Shown: positions 34,148-47,637, counted from the stretch's first letter. The stretch: DNA of 64,000 nucleotides from an uncultured Methanosarcinaceae archaeon (GCA_963733675.1 CAVTET010000004.1:608001-672000); one strand, 5' to 3'. Numbers and translations: made by a program. The notes: generated by a model from the sequence alone, not told the origin.

Positions 34148-36541
34148 ATGAATTCAAGACAAACCGACAATATCAGAGAAAGCATTGTAATACCACTTTT
34201 TGAAATAGTTGTTTATCCGAAAAGCCGAACAAAATTCCTGGCTGACAAAATTATCGGGGAAATGTTATTAAATGAGATGAAAAATATCGAATCTTTATAT
34301 GCCATCGGGCTGACAGTAAAGAGTGAAATGAAACCTTCAGACTTATCTGGAGATTGTTTCTATAAAATAGGAAATTTGTTAAAAATTACGTCTGTGCAAC
34401 CTTCTGATAGCGGGCATCTAATTTCTGTAGAATCTGTACAAAGAGTAGAAGCCATATCCCTACACCAGGAAAATGGACAGTTCTATGCTGAATGCAAGCC
34501 AATTTCTGATATTCTGGATCTTGATGACGAAATGCAAGCAGAAATGATAGCAGACGTAAAAAAGATAATTCTTGAGATAAGCAGCCGTTTTCAAGGTTCA
34601 GAACAATTTACTAGGCCAATCGATAAGATGAATTCCATTGGCCAAATTATGGGATATATTATGCCATATATGCCGATAAAACTCTCCGAAAAGCAGGATC
34701 TTCTGGAGATCGTTTCTGTTCGTGAAAGAGATCTTGCATTTCTTTATATTCTGGCGAAACAGAAAGAAAATATCAATCTGCAGATTGAAGTGGCAAAAAA
34801 AGTTTCCGAAAAAATAAACAAGTCACATAGAGAAGCAATGTTGCGAGAACAACTGAAAGTAATTCAAGAAGAGCTTAACGAAGGTGACTGTTCTACTTCA
34901 TGCAACGGAGGATATCGGGAGAGAATTGAGAACTCGAAGATGCCTGAAGATTTGAGGAAAAAGGCATTATCAGAGGCGAAGAAACTTGAAATCGGAGGAA
35001 GCCATAATCCTGAAAGCCTTGTTATCAGAAATTATCTTGATCTCTTGCTTGATCTTCCCTGGGTAACGGAAGAGAAAAAGAGCATAGATATTGCTGAAGC
35101 CCGCCGTGTGCTTGAGAACAATCATAAAGGACTTGAAAAGGTAAAAGAGAGAATAATCCAACATCTGGCAGTAATGAAATTAAAGAAAGAAAAACAAGGC
35201 TCAATTCTGCTTTTAACAGGACCTCCAGGCACTGGCAAAACGAGCCTTGGAAGAAGTATCTCAGATGCTCTTGGCAGAAAATATGTTCGAGTTAGCCTTG
35301 GAGGTATCAAAGATGAAGCAGAGATCAGAGGGCACAGGCGAACATATATAGGAGCTCTGCCAGGAAGAATTATTCAAGGCATGAAAAAAGCAGGTACAAA
35401 AAATCCTGTATTTGTCCTCGATGAAATCGATAAGCTCTCATTCTCCTATGGAGGAGACCCTGCAAGTGCCCTTCTTGAAGTTCTTGATCCCGAACAGAAC
35501 AACACATTCGCAGACCATTATCTTGAAGTCCCATATGATCTGTCTGATGTGTTGTTCATCGCCACTGCTAATTCCCTGTCAAATGTCCCCTTGCCACTCC
35601 TTGACAGAATGGAGATGATCGAGATATCAGGCTACACTAAAAAAGAGAAGCTTGCAATTGCAATAGATCATCTTCTGCCCGATATACTGGAAGAACATGG
35701 CCTTGATGCAGATAAACTTCGGATTGAAGATGATGCCTTAATGGTAATCATCGAAAAATATACCCGTGAAGCAGGAGTAAGGGGGCTTAAAAAACAGCTT
35801 GCAAGAACCGCAAGGTTTGTATCCGAGAAAATTGTGTCAGGGAGTGCATATATCCCCTACGTAGTGAAAAAAGATATGCTCACAGGGATCCTTGGAAAAG
35901 AGTTGATCCGCCAAGAAGAGGTCAGAAAAGAGAATTTACCGGGAGTAGTCACAGGACTTGCATGGACGCCTGTTGGGGGGGATATACTCTTCATAGAAGG
36001 TACACTTATGCCTGGAAGCGGGAAGCTTACACTCACAGGCCAACTTGGTGACGTGATGAAGGAATCTGCAAAAATAGCATTGAGCCTTGTCAGATCACGG
36101 CTTGCAGATACTGCAAATAGCTTTAACTTCACTTCAAGCGATATCCACATTCATGTACCTTCAGGTGCAACACCAAAGGATGGTCCATCAGCAGGTGTGA
36201 CACTCTTTGCTACCCTGACATCTTTAATTACTGGAAAAGCAGTTGATCCAAAAATTGCCATGACAGGCGAGATAACTCTTAGCGGTACAATATTGCCTGT
36301 GGGTGGGATAAAAGAGAAGATTTTGGCAGCACACCGAGCAGGTATAAAAAAAGTAATTCTACCAAAAGAAAACGAAAGTGACCTGGATGATGTACCAGAG
36401 GATGTAAGAAGTGAACTTAACTTTGTAACTGTAGAGACTATTGAGGAGGTCTTAAAAGAAGCATTAGATATTAATCTTTTCAGGTCTGTTTTATCATATA
36501 CAGGGAATAATTTTGCACATATGAACAATATTAAAATATAA
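34148..36541 (+). CDS. lon: Endopeptidase La (bacterial-type LonA)
   Basis: Lon N domain, GPPGTGKT, RGHRRTYIG, LDEID, PKDGPSAG, GGIKEK; no TM insertion. Confidence 0.97.
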   Translation: MNSRQTDNIRESIVIPLFEIVVYPKSRTKFLADKIIGEMLLNEMKNIESLYAIGLTVKSEMKPSDLSGDCFYKIGNLLKITSVQPSDSGHLISVESVQRVEAISLHQENGQFYAECKPISDILDLDDEMQAEMIADVKKIILEISSRFQGSEQFTRPIDKMNSIGQIMGYIMPYMPIKLSEKQDLLEIVSVRERDLAFLYILAKQKENINLQIEVAKKVSEKINKSHREAMLREQLKVIQEELNEGDCSTSCNGGYRERIENSKMPEDLRKKALSEAKKLEIGGSHNPESLVIRNYLDLLLDLPWVTEEKKSIDIAEARRVLENNHKGLEKVKERIIQHLAVMKLKKEKQGSILLLTGPPGTGKTSLGRSISDALGRKYVRVSLGGIKDEAEIRGHRRTYIGALPGRIIQGMKKAGTKNPVFVLDEIDKLSFSYGGDPASALLEVLDPEQNNTFADHYLEVPYDLSDVLFIATANSLSNVPLPLLDRMEMIEISGYTKKEKLAIAIDHLLPDILEEHGLDADKLRIEDDALMVIIEKYTREAGVRGLKKQLARTARFVSEKIVSGSAYIPYVVKKDMLTGILGKELIRQEEVRKENLPGVVTGLAWTPVGGDILFIEGTLMPGSGKLTLTGQLGDVMKESAKIALSLVRSRLADTANSFNFTSSDIHIHVPSGATPKDGPSAGVTLFATLTSLITGKAVDPKIAMTGEITLSGTILPVGGIKEKILAAHRAGIKKVILPKENESDLDDVPEDVRSELNFVTVETIEEVLKEALDINLFRSVLSYTGNNFAHMNNIKI

Positions 36542-36844
36542 ATATTTAATTTCTTTCGTTTATAATCACATACCCATGAATCATTGCCGCATGTATGAAG
36601 CATACAAAACTTTCATTTGATGCCGAAGTCTTTTCATATGAAATCAAATAATTAATCTGTAATCTAGTTTAACACTTTCATCACATAGAGTATAATATTG
36701 AACTTGAATTTGATTTTCTACATAACTTCTTTCAAAGATTGTGTATATCACAACTATATTTAGGAAACGACTTCAATTACCCATTAAACTAATCGCGATA
36801 GAACTTTATACTCCCCTTTCTCACTATGCTATATCAGATTTTAC

Positions 36845-37698
36845 GGTTCCGTTGCAAAAAATTCAAAAAAATATGTAAATCTATAAGTAATGAATAAAAA
36901 TCAAAATATCCAAGGAAAATGCACTAACATTATAAAACTATACCAAACAATTGATTAATGTATTTGACTTCATTAAGAACAGAGTAATTTAGATCATTTA
37001 CTTGTCCTTTTTTGATCATATTCATAGCTCCAATTCCTTTTAAAGTCTTATTAGCAGATTGAAAAGACTGAAATCCTAACATTGGATTAACGATTCTCTT
37101 TATAGATCTGTGATCTTGTTCTATAATGTTATTCAAATACTTGATTTGTCGAATGCCTACGTTTTTAGGTAGTATTTTATCATTTTTCAGTTTACCTATA
37201 GCAGGTGGATAAGCTGGATTCTTATCAACTGTTATTACTCTTGGAATTTGATTATGATTAGAACTCAAAGCTTTCTTAAAAAATATCTTCGCTGCATTTC
37301 GATTTCGTTTTGCACTTAACATGAAATCAATTGTATCTCCATTTGAGTCAACTGCTCGGTAAAGATATTTCCATTTACCTTTTATTTTGATACAGGTTTC
37401 ATCAACTTTCCACGAATCATTGTTGATCTTAAATGTCTTCTGATCTTCTTTTCTATTTCAGGGGAATATTGATATACCCATCTCACGATTGTTGTATGGT
37501 CGACTTTTGCTCCCCTTTCTATCATCATTTCCTTTAAATTTCTATAACTTAATGGATATTTTAAGTACCATCTTACATTTAATAGGATAATTTCTCCTTC
37601 ATAATGCTTCCATTTAAAGGAATTAGATAGCATATTACTATCTTTGATTTTCTTTTTATTTTATTGTATCATTAGAAAGGATTTTTTGCAACGGAACC
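36845..37698 (-). mobile_element. IS6-family element, copy 1 (frameshifted transposase)
   Basis: TIR GGTTCCGTTGCAAAAAA / TTTTTTGCAACGGAACC; FKWKHY...LSYRNL.EMM.ERG, DKNPAYP, YLNNIIEQDHR; frameshift near 37420. Confidence 0.93.
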
Positions 37699-38123
37699 CT
37701 TATTATTTTGTTCTCCCGATCAATATTTGAATATTGATCCCTTGATTATGCATAGTTTATGCTAAAAAACCTATGCTTAAGTACAAATAATAAATCTGTT
37801 TTTTGCATGAAAAAATGTCTAGTTAATTATATTTTACAGAATTTTGATACAAAAACTCGCAAAATTCTAGATTCAGTAGATAGTTGTTAAATTTAAGAGC
37901 GAAAATGATTTAAAATTTTAATAACTAAGACCAACAATAGATGTTTTTTTCAAATTTCAAACAAATTAATATTTTGGAAAACTGTTTGAATAGGGCAATT
38001 TATCGTGATTTCTCACTTAGCCAAAAACAAATTAAATTTCTTAATAGAACAAAATCAAAATTTGTATTGATATTTGTTTATTGGCGTAATTTTATGTTGA
38101 TGTAATTATATGGAGCATAACTT

Positions 38124-38843
38124 ATGGGGTATCTTATACTTGTTAGGCATGGAGCACCATGTTGTAAGCCTGAAGATATGTTTGTTGGCTGGATTGATAT
38201 TCCTCTTAGTAGGGAAGGGATTGAAGAAGCTCTTGATTGCGCAGTTAAACTTGAAAATATTGAATTGGATCTTGCTTTTGCCTCAAACCTTGTCCGGACA
38301 CAGGAAACTCTTTTTATCATACTGTCTGGGCAGAAAAAAACAGGGATTCATATCCATGAAAAGGCAGTTGATAAAAGCAAGATAGATAAAATTAAATGGT
38401 ATTCATACTCGAAAAAACTTAATAATAATCTACTCCCAGTATTCTGTACAGCTGCTTTAAACGAACGTTATTATGGTAAGCTTCAGGGCGAGAAAAAACG
38501 AAAGATGGAAGAAAAATATGGAGCAGAAATGATTGCTTTCTGGAGCTGGAATTTTGAAGCAGGTCCGCCTGATGGAGAAAGCCTCAAAGTTGTCTATGAG
38601 CGTGCTGTGTCATATTTCGTGCAAAAAGTTATGCCTGCAGTAAAAGATGGGAAAAATGTGATAGTCTGCGCCCATCAGGGTAGTTTGCGAGCTCTAGTCA
38701 AATATATAGAGAATATTCCTGACAAAGATATAATGGACGTCAACTTCTCCACAGGTGAACTAGTAAGATATCATTTATCAGAAGGCAGGCTGGTAAAGGA
38801 AAACCCTGCTCAACTAGAACCTTCAACACTTGATGCGACCTGA
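38124..38843 (+). CDS. gpmA: Histidine phosphatase / 2,3-BPG-dependent phosphoglycerate mutase-like
   Basis: LVRHG, GW.D..LS..G, LNERYYG.LQG, PP.GESL, AHQGSLR. Confidence 0.85.
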   Translation: MGYLILVRHGAPCCKPEDMFVGWIDIPLSREGIEEALDCAVKLENIELDLAFASNLVRTQETLFIILSGQKKTGIHIHEKAVDKSKIDKIKWYSYSKKLNNNLLPVFCTAALNERYYGKLQGEKKRKMEEKYGAEMIAFWSWNFEAGPPDGESLKVVYERAVSYFVQKVMPAVKDGKNVIVCAHQGSLRALVKYIENIPDKDIMDVNFSTGELVRYHLSEGRLVKENPAQLEPSTLDAT

Positions 38844-39132
38844 GTAAACTACCTTTTAAACCTTCCAAAATTTCCGAAGTCTTCTTTGATCACTTCAGAC
38901 AATTCGCCGACTGTATATATAAGTCCTCAGCTCATTACAAATCAATGAAGACTCTTAACTTTATTAACTTGACATCTTTGAATTAATTCATTCTTGCAGA
39001 TGTTGCAATTTATTTCAGAAATATTTATTTTAAGTCTTTTAAAAACGGTTAATAATATTTGGATAACATAATAGTTGAAATTCTCTGTCTTCGGCATTGT
39101 TTCTTTTAATCCTATTGATTATTACAAACATG

Positions 39133-39989
39133 GGTCCCGTTGCAAAAAAATTCAAAAAAATATGTAAATCTATAAGTAATGAATAAAAATTAAAATATTC
39201 AAGGAAAATGTACCAATATTATAAAACTATATCAAACAATTGATTAATGTATTTGACTTCATTAAAAACAGAGTAATTTAGATCATTTACTTGTCCTTTT
39301 TTAATCATATTCATAGCTTCAATTCCTTTTAAAGTCTTATTAGCAGATCGAAAAGACTGAAATCCTAACATTGGAGCAATTATCCGCTTTATAGATCTAT
39401 GATCTTGTTCAATAATGTTATTCAAATACCTCACTTGTCTAATTTCAACATTTTTAAACAAGTTCTTCTCATTTTTGAGTTCATCTATAGCAGGTGGATA
39501 AGTTGGATTCTTATCAACGGTTATTACTCTTGGAATTTGGTTATGATTAGAACTCAAAGCTTTCTTAAAGAATCACTTTGCTGCTTTTCTGTCTCGTTTT
39601 GAACTTAACATGAATTCAATTGTGTCGCCATCTGAGTCAACTGCTCGGTAAAAATAGTTCCATTTACCTTTTACTTTAATATAGGTTTCATCAACTCTCC
39701 ACGAATCATTTGTTGGTCTTAAATGTCTTTTGATATTCTTTTCTATTTCAGGGGAATATTGATGTACCCATCTCATTAGAGTAGTATGATCAACTTGTAC
39801 TCCTCTTTCTATCATCATTTCCTTTAAATTTCTATAGCTCAATGGATATTTTAGATACCACCTTACGTTTAATAGGACAATTTCGCCTTCGTAATGTTTC
39901 CACTTAAAGGAATTAGATAGCATATTATCGTTCTATTGATTTTCTCTTTATTCAATTGAATCCTTATTATGAATTTTTGCAACAGAACC
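39133..39989 (-). mobile_element. IS6-family element, copy 2 (in-frame TGA in transposase)
   Basis: TIR GGTCCCGTTGCAAAAA / TTTTTGCAACAGAACC; WRVDETY, YRAVD; TGA at 39573-39575. Confidence 0.93.
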
Positions 39990-40024
39990 GTAAATATGAC
40001 TCTTCCAAGTTTTCATCCTGTCTT

Positions 40025-40467
40025 TTAATTCGAGTGCTTTGGTGGTAATGTTACAGCTTTAAACCAAAAGTCTTCTATGGATTTAATTACTGTCATAAAT
40101 TCATCAAAGTCGACAGGTTTAACAATATAAGCATTAGCATGAAGATCATAAACTCTAAGTATGTCTTTTTCAGCACTAGAAGTAGTTAGAATGATTACGG
40201 GTATATTTTTAAGATTATTATTCTCTTTTATTTCTTTAAAAACTTCACTTCCATCCATTTTTGGCAAATTCCAATCCAAAAGAATTATATCTGGGAGTGG
40301 AGAACCTAAAACTGATCCTTATCGCATAAAAAATGGATTGCTTCTTCTCCGTCTTCTGCAATATGAATATTAGTTATAACTTTTGCATCACTGAAGAATT
40401 CTGTTATTAATCCAATGTCTCCTTCATTGTCTTCAACTAAAAGAATTTCAAAATGTTTAGTTGACAT
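40025..40467 (-). pseudogene. Single-domain response regulator (Rcp1/CheY-like), frameshifted
   Basis: ILLVEDN..D then a shift in the T-run near 40308 to PDIILLDWNLPKMDG...LTTS...AN.YI.KP. Confidence 0.88.
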
Positions 40468-40818
40468 TTTCATTTTTAAAATCTTCACAAACAGAACTTG
40501 AAGAGTTTATTGAGCAGTCAGTTTGAATTTTTGGATCATTACTTGTTATAGACTTTTTATTTGATATACTTAAATATTCCCATTTTTATTTTCTCAAATT
40601 TATCAAGTAGTTTTTTAATAGCTAGTTGAATATATATAAGAATCCGTTGGACACAATATCTCAAAAAAGTCAAATCAAAATGAAAAGGTTACTAATCAAA
40701 GAATGCGATTAACATTCAGTTTTAAGTTTAGTAATGATACTAAATAATTAAATCATGAATTCACACCTAGAATTCACATACATCTGCAGAATGCGATTTA
40801 AAGCAGAATTGGAGAGTT

Positions 40819-43800
40819 ATGACTATAGAAGAGCTGGGAAATAAGTGCCTGTCTGTGATGGATGAAAACCTTAGACATTCTGGCATCGATATTATTGACG
40901 ATGTCCCATGGGGAACACATTTCTGTCAGTTCTACGAAAACAAGGAAGATTTAATAGAAGTACTTGTTCCTTATTTCAAAACAGGACTGGAAAATAATGA
41001 ATTTTGCATGTGGGTCACATCACAACCTTTGGAAGTAGAAGATGCAAAAGAAGCCCTTAGAAAGACGGTTCCTAATATTGATGTTTATCTAGAGAAGGGA
41101 CAACTTGAAATTATTTTTTACTTTCATTGGTATGTAAAAGACGGTATTTTCGATTCAGATAGAGTATTAAATGGGTGGGTTGAAAAACTCAATAAGGCTC
41201 TGGCTAATGGCTATGATGGCTTAAGGTTAACCGGAAATACTTTTTGGCTGGAAAAAGAAGATTGGAACGATTTTGTTGATTATGAGAAAAATGTGGATAG
41301 TGTCATAGGTAACTACCAAATGATAGCTCTCTGCACTTATAATCTCGATAGGTGCAACGCAACTGAAATCATTGATATAGTCATCAACCACCAATTTGCT
41401 TTGATCAAAAAGAAAGGAAAATGGGAACAGATAGAAAGTTCTAGACTTAAAGAAGTCGAAAAAACAGCCATTTTACAATCTCTGCAGAGGAAAAAGGCGG
41501 AAGATACACTACTTCAGGCTTATGAGAATCTCCAGATGAAATCCAAGGAGTTACAGGCTCAATCCATGGAACTCCTTAAAACTAATGAACAGTTGCTGGA
41601 AAATGAACAACGATATTCTGCACTCTTCAATGCAAAAACCAATGCCATAGCTCATTGCCGAGTGCTTATCGATGAGCATGGGGAACCCGTTGACTATATT
41701 ATTTTGCAAGTGAACGGTGCTTATGAAGAGATTACCGGAATCGAAAAAGCAAATATCGAAGGTAAGACGGCCACAGACGCCTGTTTAGGTATCGAACATC
41801 TTACTTATGACCATATCGGAAATTTTGGTAAAGTAGCGTTGGAAGGCTGTGAACTTAATATTGAAGTATTTCTCGAGACGTGTCAGCGGTGGCTGTCTAT
41901 CTATGTTTACAGCCCTAAGCTTTGTGAGTTAACTGTCATCTTTACCGATGCAACCGATCGAAAGCAGATGGTTGAGGTGTTGCAGGAAAGCGAAGAGCGA
42001 TTCCGTACTATGGCTAATACAATCCCAGAATTGGCTTGGATCGCTTATCCAGATGGCTATATCTACTGGTATAACGAGCATTGGTACTCTTATACTGGCA
42101 CAACTCTGAAGCAAATGGAAGGTTGGGGTTGGCGGAGTGTTCATGATCCCAAAGTGCTGCCAAAAGTACTGGAGCAATGGAAGGCTTCGCTTGCTACGGG
42201 GCAGATGTTTGATATGGAGTTTCCTTTGCGTGGTGCCGATGTTATTTTCCGCCCGTTCCTGACGCGCGTTTTGCCTTTGAAAGATGCTGCAGGAAACATC
42301 CTTCAATGGTTTGGGACAAATACCGATATTACAGAGCAAAAAAGAGCAGATCAAGAACGTGAGATGGCGGTAGAATTCTTACAAATCGTGAACAATAGCA
42401 AGGGGCCAGTAGACCTGGTTCATTCTGCCATTAATTTCTTCCACGAGCGTTCCGGCTTCGAAGCCATAGGTATCCGGCTCAAGGATGGTGATGACTATCC
42501 ATACTTTGAGACAAGCGGGTTCCCCGCAGAATTCGTGAAGTTGGAGAACCGTCTTTGTGTGCGCGATGCTTCAGATCAGCTTATCCGCGATAGCGATGGC
42601 TACCCTATCCATGAGTGCATGTGTGGCAACGTTATCTGTGGAAGGTTTGATCCATCTAAGCCGTTTTTCACGACACGGGGAAGTTTCTGTACCAATAGTA
42701 CCACAGAGCTGCTGGCTACTACTACCGATGCTGATCGTCAAGCTCGCACACGTAATCGATGTAATGGAGAAGGATATGAATCCGTGGCTTTGATAGCTCT
42801 GCGCGTGGGTGAGGTGCGACTGGGTCTTCTCCAGCTAAATGACAGACGTAAAGGGCAATTTACCCCAGAAAAACGATCTTGATGTGGGAACGACTGGCGG
42901 ACTATCTGGCCGTGGCCCTGGCTAAAGTGCAGGCTGAAGAATCTTTGCAGATAGCATATGAAAATCTCCAGATTCAATCCGAAGAATTACAGGCTCAGTC
43001 AGAAGAGATCCAGTCACAAAACAAAGAGTTACAAACTCAGTCAAAGGAACTTCGTGAAACATATGAAACTCTGCAGGAAAGCGATGAACGGTTGCGGCTG
43101 ATTTAGAAATCGTCAGGGATAGGAAGTTGGGAACAGGATCTAGATGGCGGTCCTTCCTTATGGTCGTCCGAACAATACGTTATACTCGGCCTGGATCCAG
43201 CAACTTGCTTTCCGTCCCATGAAGCATGGAAATCCGCGGTTTTTCCTGATGATCTGAAACGAGCTACTGATGCTGTTAGAAAAGCGATCGCCACTAAAGT
43301 ACCTTAGACTTTGATTACCGTGTAGTTCTTCCCGATGGAAGTATACGCTGGATCGCCGCTCGCAGCGGGGTAAGCATCAACTCTATAGGTCGGTCAGTGC
43401 TGCATGGCATTCATTTTGATATTACAAAGCTTAAGCAATATGAACAGCAGTTATGTGACACTAAGGAGCGCCTGGAAGCAATTATGATGGCATCTCCGTG
43501 GGAATCAGTTTTTCAACTGATCAAACCTGTCAATTTATTGTTGGGAATTCTACATTATTAGCTCAGTTCGAGTGTAGTACAGAAGATAATGTCTCAGCAT
43601 CCGCGCCGAATGACGATGCGTTCGGTCGACACGTACGTTTCTTCTTGGATGGTAGGCAGATCAGTGATATAGAGCTTCCTTTGCAGCGAGCCGTCGCTGA
43701 GAATCGTGTAATTCCACCAATGGAGCTAGAAGTACAGCTGCCGAACGGAAGGCGCTGGTTTACAGAAGCTTCTGGGGCACCCATACATGATCCCGGAGGC

Positions 43801-45761
43801 AACGTTGTCGTCGGAGTTGCTGTAACCTTGGATATTACAGAGCAAAAACAAGCAGAACAAGAACGTGAGCGACTTTTAAGCGATATTCAACAGGAGAAAG
43901 ACAAACTGTCAGCATTGATTGGTAGCATTACTGATGAAGTCTGGTTTGTAGATTCTCAAGAAAACTTCACCTTGATCAATCCTTCTGGCCGAAATAAGTT
44001 CATGCTCAACAAAGATGAAGGAGCCAAAGCGAAAAAATTCTACTCGAAACTAGAAATCTATCATCCTAATGGTACTAGGCGCCAAATAGAAGAAGCTCCT
44101 GCTTTGCGGGCCCTACGGGGTGAAATCGTCAAGGGGTATGAACAAATTGTTCGCACACCTATTGATGGGAAATTGAGCTATCGCCAGGTGAATGCAGCTC
44201 CTGTGAAAGATCCAAAAGGCAATATCATTGGAGGTATCCGTCGTTAGGGATATTACCGAAATTAAGGAAGCAGAGAAGGCTCTACTGGAAAATGAATCAC
44301 AGCGTAGGATTGCAGAAGTAGTCGCGTCTGAACGACAGCGATTATTTGACGTGTTAGATACGTTGCCTGCAATGGTATGCCTATTGACATTTGATCACTA
44401 TTATGCCTTCATCAACCGTAGCTTCCGTGAAAAGTTCGGAGAACATGGCAATCAGCACTGTTATGAACTTTGTTTTGGGTTCAACAAGCCCTGTGAGTTC
44501 TGCGAAGCGTATAAAATACTTGAAACTGGTCAGCCTCACTATTGGGAAGTTACCGTTCCTGATGGAAGCGTGATTGATGTTTACAATTTTCCATTTATCG
44601 ATGTTGATGGTTCTCCAATGATCCTTGAGATGGATTTCGATATCACCGAGAGAAAAAAGGCAGAAGAGGCTCTCAGATTATCAAATATTTATAACCGTAG
44701 TCTTATTGAAGCCAGCTTGGATCCCTTAGTAACTATTGGGCATGATGGTAAAATTACTGATGTAAATAAAGCTACAGAACAGGTCACTGGTTATTCAAGG
44801 GATGAACTCATTGGTACCGACTTTACAAGCTATTTCACTGCTCCTAATAAAGCTGAAAAAGGTTATCAAGAAGTGTTTAGGGATAGATTTATGTCGGACT
44901 ATGCGCTTGAAATCAAACATCGGGATGGAAGCACAACACCCGTTTTATACAACGCTTCAATTTATAAGGACGAGTCTGGCGAGATTATTGGTGTTTTTGC
45001 TGCAGCGCGTGATATCACAGAGCTTAAAAAAGCAGAAGAAACTTTAGAGTTGAAATTAGAAGAACTTTCCCGCTCAAATGAAGAATTAGAACAATTTGCG
45101 TATGTTTCGTCACATGATTTGCAAGAACCCTTGCGGATGATAACAAGTTATTTGCAGCTTCTACAAAGACGATATCAGGGTCAGCTCGATGATAAGGCGG
45201 ATAAATACATACATTTCGCTGTTGACGGTGCTTCCCGTATGCAAAATTTGATAAATGATCTATTAGAATACTCCCGTGTGACCAGAACAAGCAGAGAACC
45301 TAAATTTACAAATTGTACATTTGTTTTAAATCAGGCGCTAGCTGGTTTAAAAGTGGCTATAAAAGAAAATAAAGCTACTATATCTCATGATACTTTGCCT
45401 GATATAATGGTAGATCCTACCCAGTTGATTCAGGTATTACAGAATCTAATACTCAACGGAATAAAATTCCATGGTGAAGAGACACCAAAAATCCATATCG
45501 CTGCAGAGAAAAAAGCAAATGAATGGGTGTTTTCAGTACATGATAACGGAATTGGAATCGATCCGCAGTATTCAGAAAAAAATATTTGAAGTTTTTAAAA
45601 GATTGCATACCAGGGAAAAATATCCTGGAACAGGAATAGGGCTTGCAGTCTGTAAGAAAATTATAGAAAGACAGGGTGGACATATATGGGTTGAATCGGA
45701 ATTAGGCAAAGGCTCAACTTTTTACTTCACTTTATCAATCGACCCCCACAGAATTTTATAA
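40819..45761 (+). pseudogene. MEDS-PAS-GAF-multi-PAS sensor histidine kinase, broken
   Basis: MEDS (PWGTHFCQFY), PAS/PAC, SHDLQEPLR, DNGIGI, GTGIGL. Frameshifts near 42870, 43299, 43497, 44230 and 45580; in-frame TAG at 43104. Confidence 0.9.
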
Positions 45762-46168
45762 ACTAAATTTGAACATATAGAAAATATTTTTAATTATTTA
45801 TTTAAATATAGCTGTTAAAGAAATCTTGTAATCAAAACGTAATTTTTCTAGCTTGAAGTTATGAAGTTACTATCCAAATTTTTTCCAATATCAAGTTGGG
45901 ACCAATCTAATCAGATGATACCATTTTGACTGTCTCGATACATATGTAATTATAAAATCGATGTGTTTTATATTAATTTGAGTAAAGAATGTTCTCAATT
46001 TTAGGTTAAAATGGCAAAAATGCACTGATTTTGAGACAAAAAAAACTGTGCCTCACTAAAAACAAGAAATTATATTATTTGTGGCAAATTTAAAGGGATT
46101 CTACAGGGCTGAAATATATTATTTTAATGAAAAAAGCCAAGGTGAAAAAATTATACCGGACATCTCGG

Positions 46169-46724
46169 TTATTCGATTAGTACAAGGCAAAAGATGTTCA
46201 TCGTATCGGATACATCCGTCAATACTTCGATAGGATAGCCGTTATTCTTCACCGTGCTGTAAACGTCTATACCGCAACTTTCCATCGACGGTCTGGCAAT
46301 CTTTGGATTCCTGCATTCCTTCAGTGTGCATTCAGGGCAAAGCTGACAGTGACCACCGCTTAGTGCAAAAGCCTTATAGTACCAGCAAGGAAGATATCTC
46401 TCTCAAGCGTGTTGATGACCTTTGTGCTGTCCCTCGTGATGATCTTTATCCCACTAGCAGGTCTTCCGTCGCTTTGTCGATATTTGTCGAAAAATGTACT
46501 AAAGGCGCGTATTCATAGCAATCTACCAGTTCCCTAATCTCTTGATGTGTAGGTGAATTAGGCGGACAGCAAAGGCTTTTGTTATACTCCGGACATCCAT
46601 ACCTGCACTTCCATCTGGTCCACGGCACTGTGACTATACTATATGTCTTAATAATCTTAGCATCGTGGGAGCCCAGCTTGACAGCCATCTCAACGAATTT
46701 TTGGTATTTTTCCAGATTACTCAC
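46169..46724 (-). pseudogene. DUF2284-like Cys-rich metal-binding protein, frameshifted
   Basis: RWKCRYGC..Y....CCPP..P in one frame; GHCQLCPECTLKECRNPKIARPSMESCGIDV in another. Confidence 0.8.
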
Positions 46725-47345
46725 TCCTGAAAATTAGTCCTTTTTGTAAGAGTTATAATTCTTAATTTTTTAAAAAACTTATTATCAAATATTGAAATGG
46801 CAGTAATATCACTGAGCTAAAGACTCAAAAAAGAAATAGGGCAATATAGATTACATTACAGAATATCTTTATTGCCCTGGAAATTAAGTGCTAACCCCTT
46901 TCTATTATCCATGGAGATAATATCTACCCAAATGAAATTAACAACGATAAAATATTATTTGTGCAGTTAATGAGATGATCAACTCGATTTTAAAGCTTAT
47001 TCCTTTCTTATTTTTCTATTTATGCTTGTGATTTAGTTTAATTAGTTCCAGATGTTCCATGAGCTCCAAATGTTCTAGAAGTTCCATAAGTTCCACGAGT
47101 AGTAAATCAGCAATTTTTTTATTATGATGAAACCTAGGTAATTTATAGATTTTAGGACAAAAACGATGTATAAATAAAACTCTAAAAAAGAAACTTTGTC
47201 AATAAAAATAGCAGCTCTGAATTCTGTTTTTTGTGGTAGAGTAAAGTTATACAGAACCAATCAAACGTTACGGATTTTAAGATACATTGTAGTAAGCACA
47301 GAGTTGACTTTAAAACTTGAATCTATTACAGATATCTAGATCTAG

Positions 47346-47637
47346 TTAATAGACCCATACCCAGCTGTTAAAGCTGGGTCTCCACACCCAATCACAATTC
47401 GGGTAGTAACTACCATAGTAGTAATGGTGACGCCATTCGCGATTGCCGTGGCCATAGTATCTGCTTCGGTAGCCGTGGTGACCTTTATGACCGTCACCGT
47501 AGCCTTTCGCCGTGGCCTTTATGACTACCATCGCCGCGACGAGCTTCAACTGCCGCCACTGTCACTGATACTACAAAAATAATTATCAGCAAAATAGCCA
47601 GCATCTTTTTGATTTTATTAGATGATTGTTTCAACAT
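47346..47637 (-). pseudogene. Small secreted Gly/His/Tyr-rich protein with one frameshift
   Basis: SD AGGTG and ATG at 47637, signal KKMLAILLIIIFVVSVTVAAVEA, shift near 47505, C-terminus CDWVWRPSFNSWVWVY. Confidence 0.65.

Noticed and set aside
43104-43106. In-frame TAG in the kinase as a pyrrolysine codon
   Set aside because: The frame does continue after it, but the gene has about five other frameshifts; a CAG-to-TAG nonsense change is simpler.
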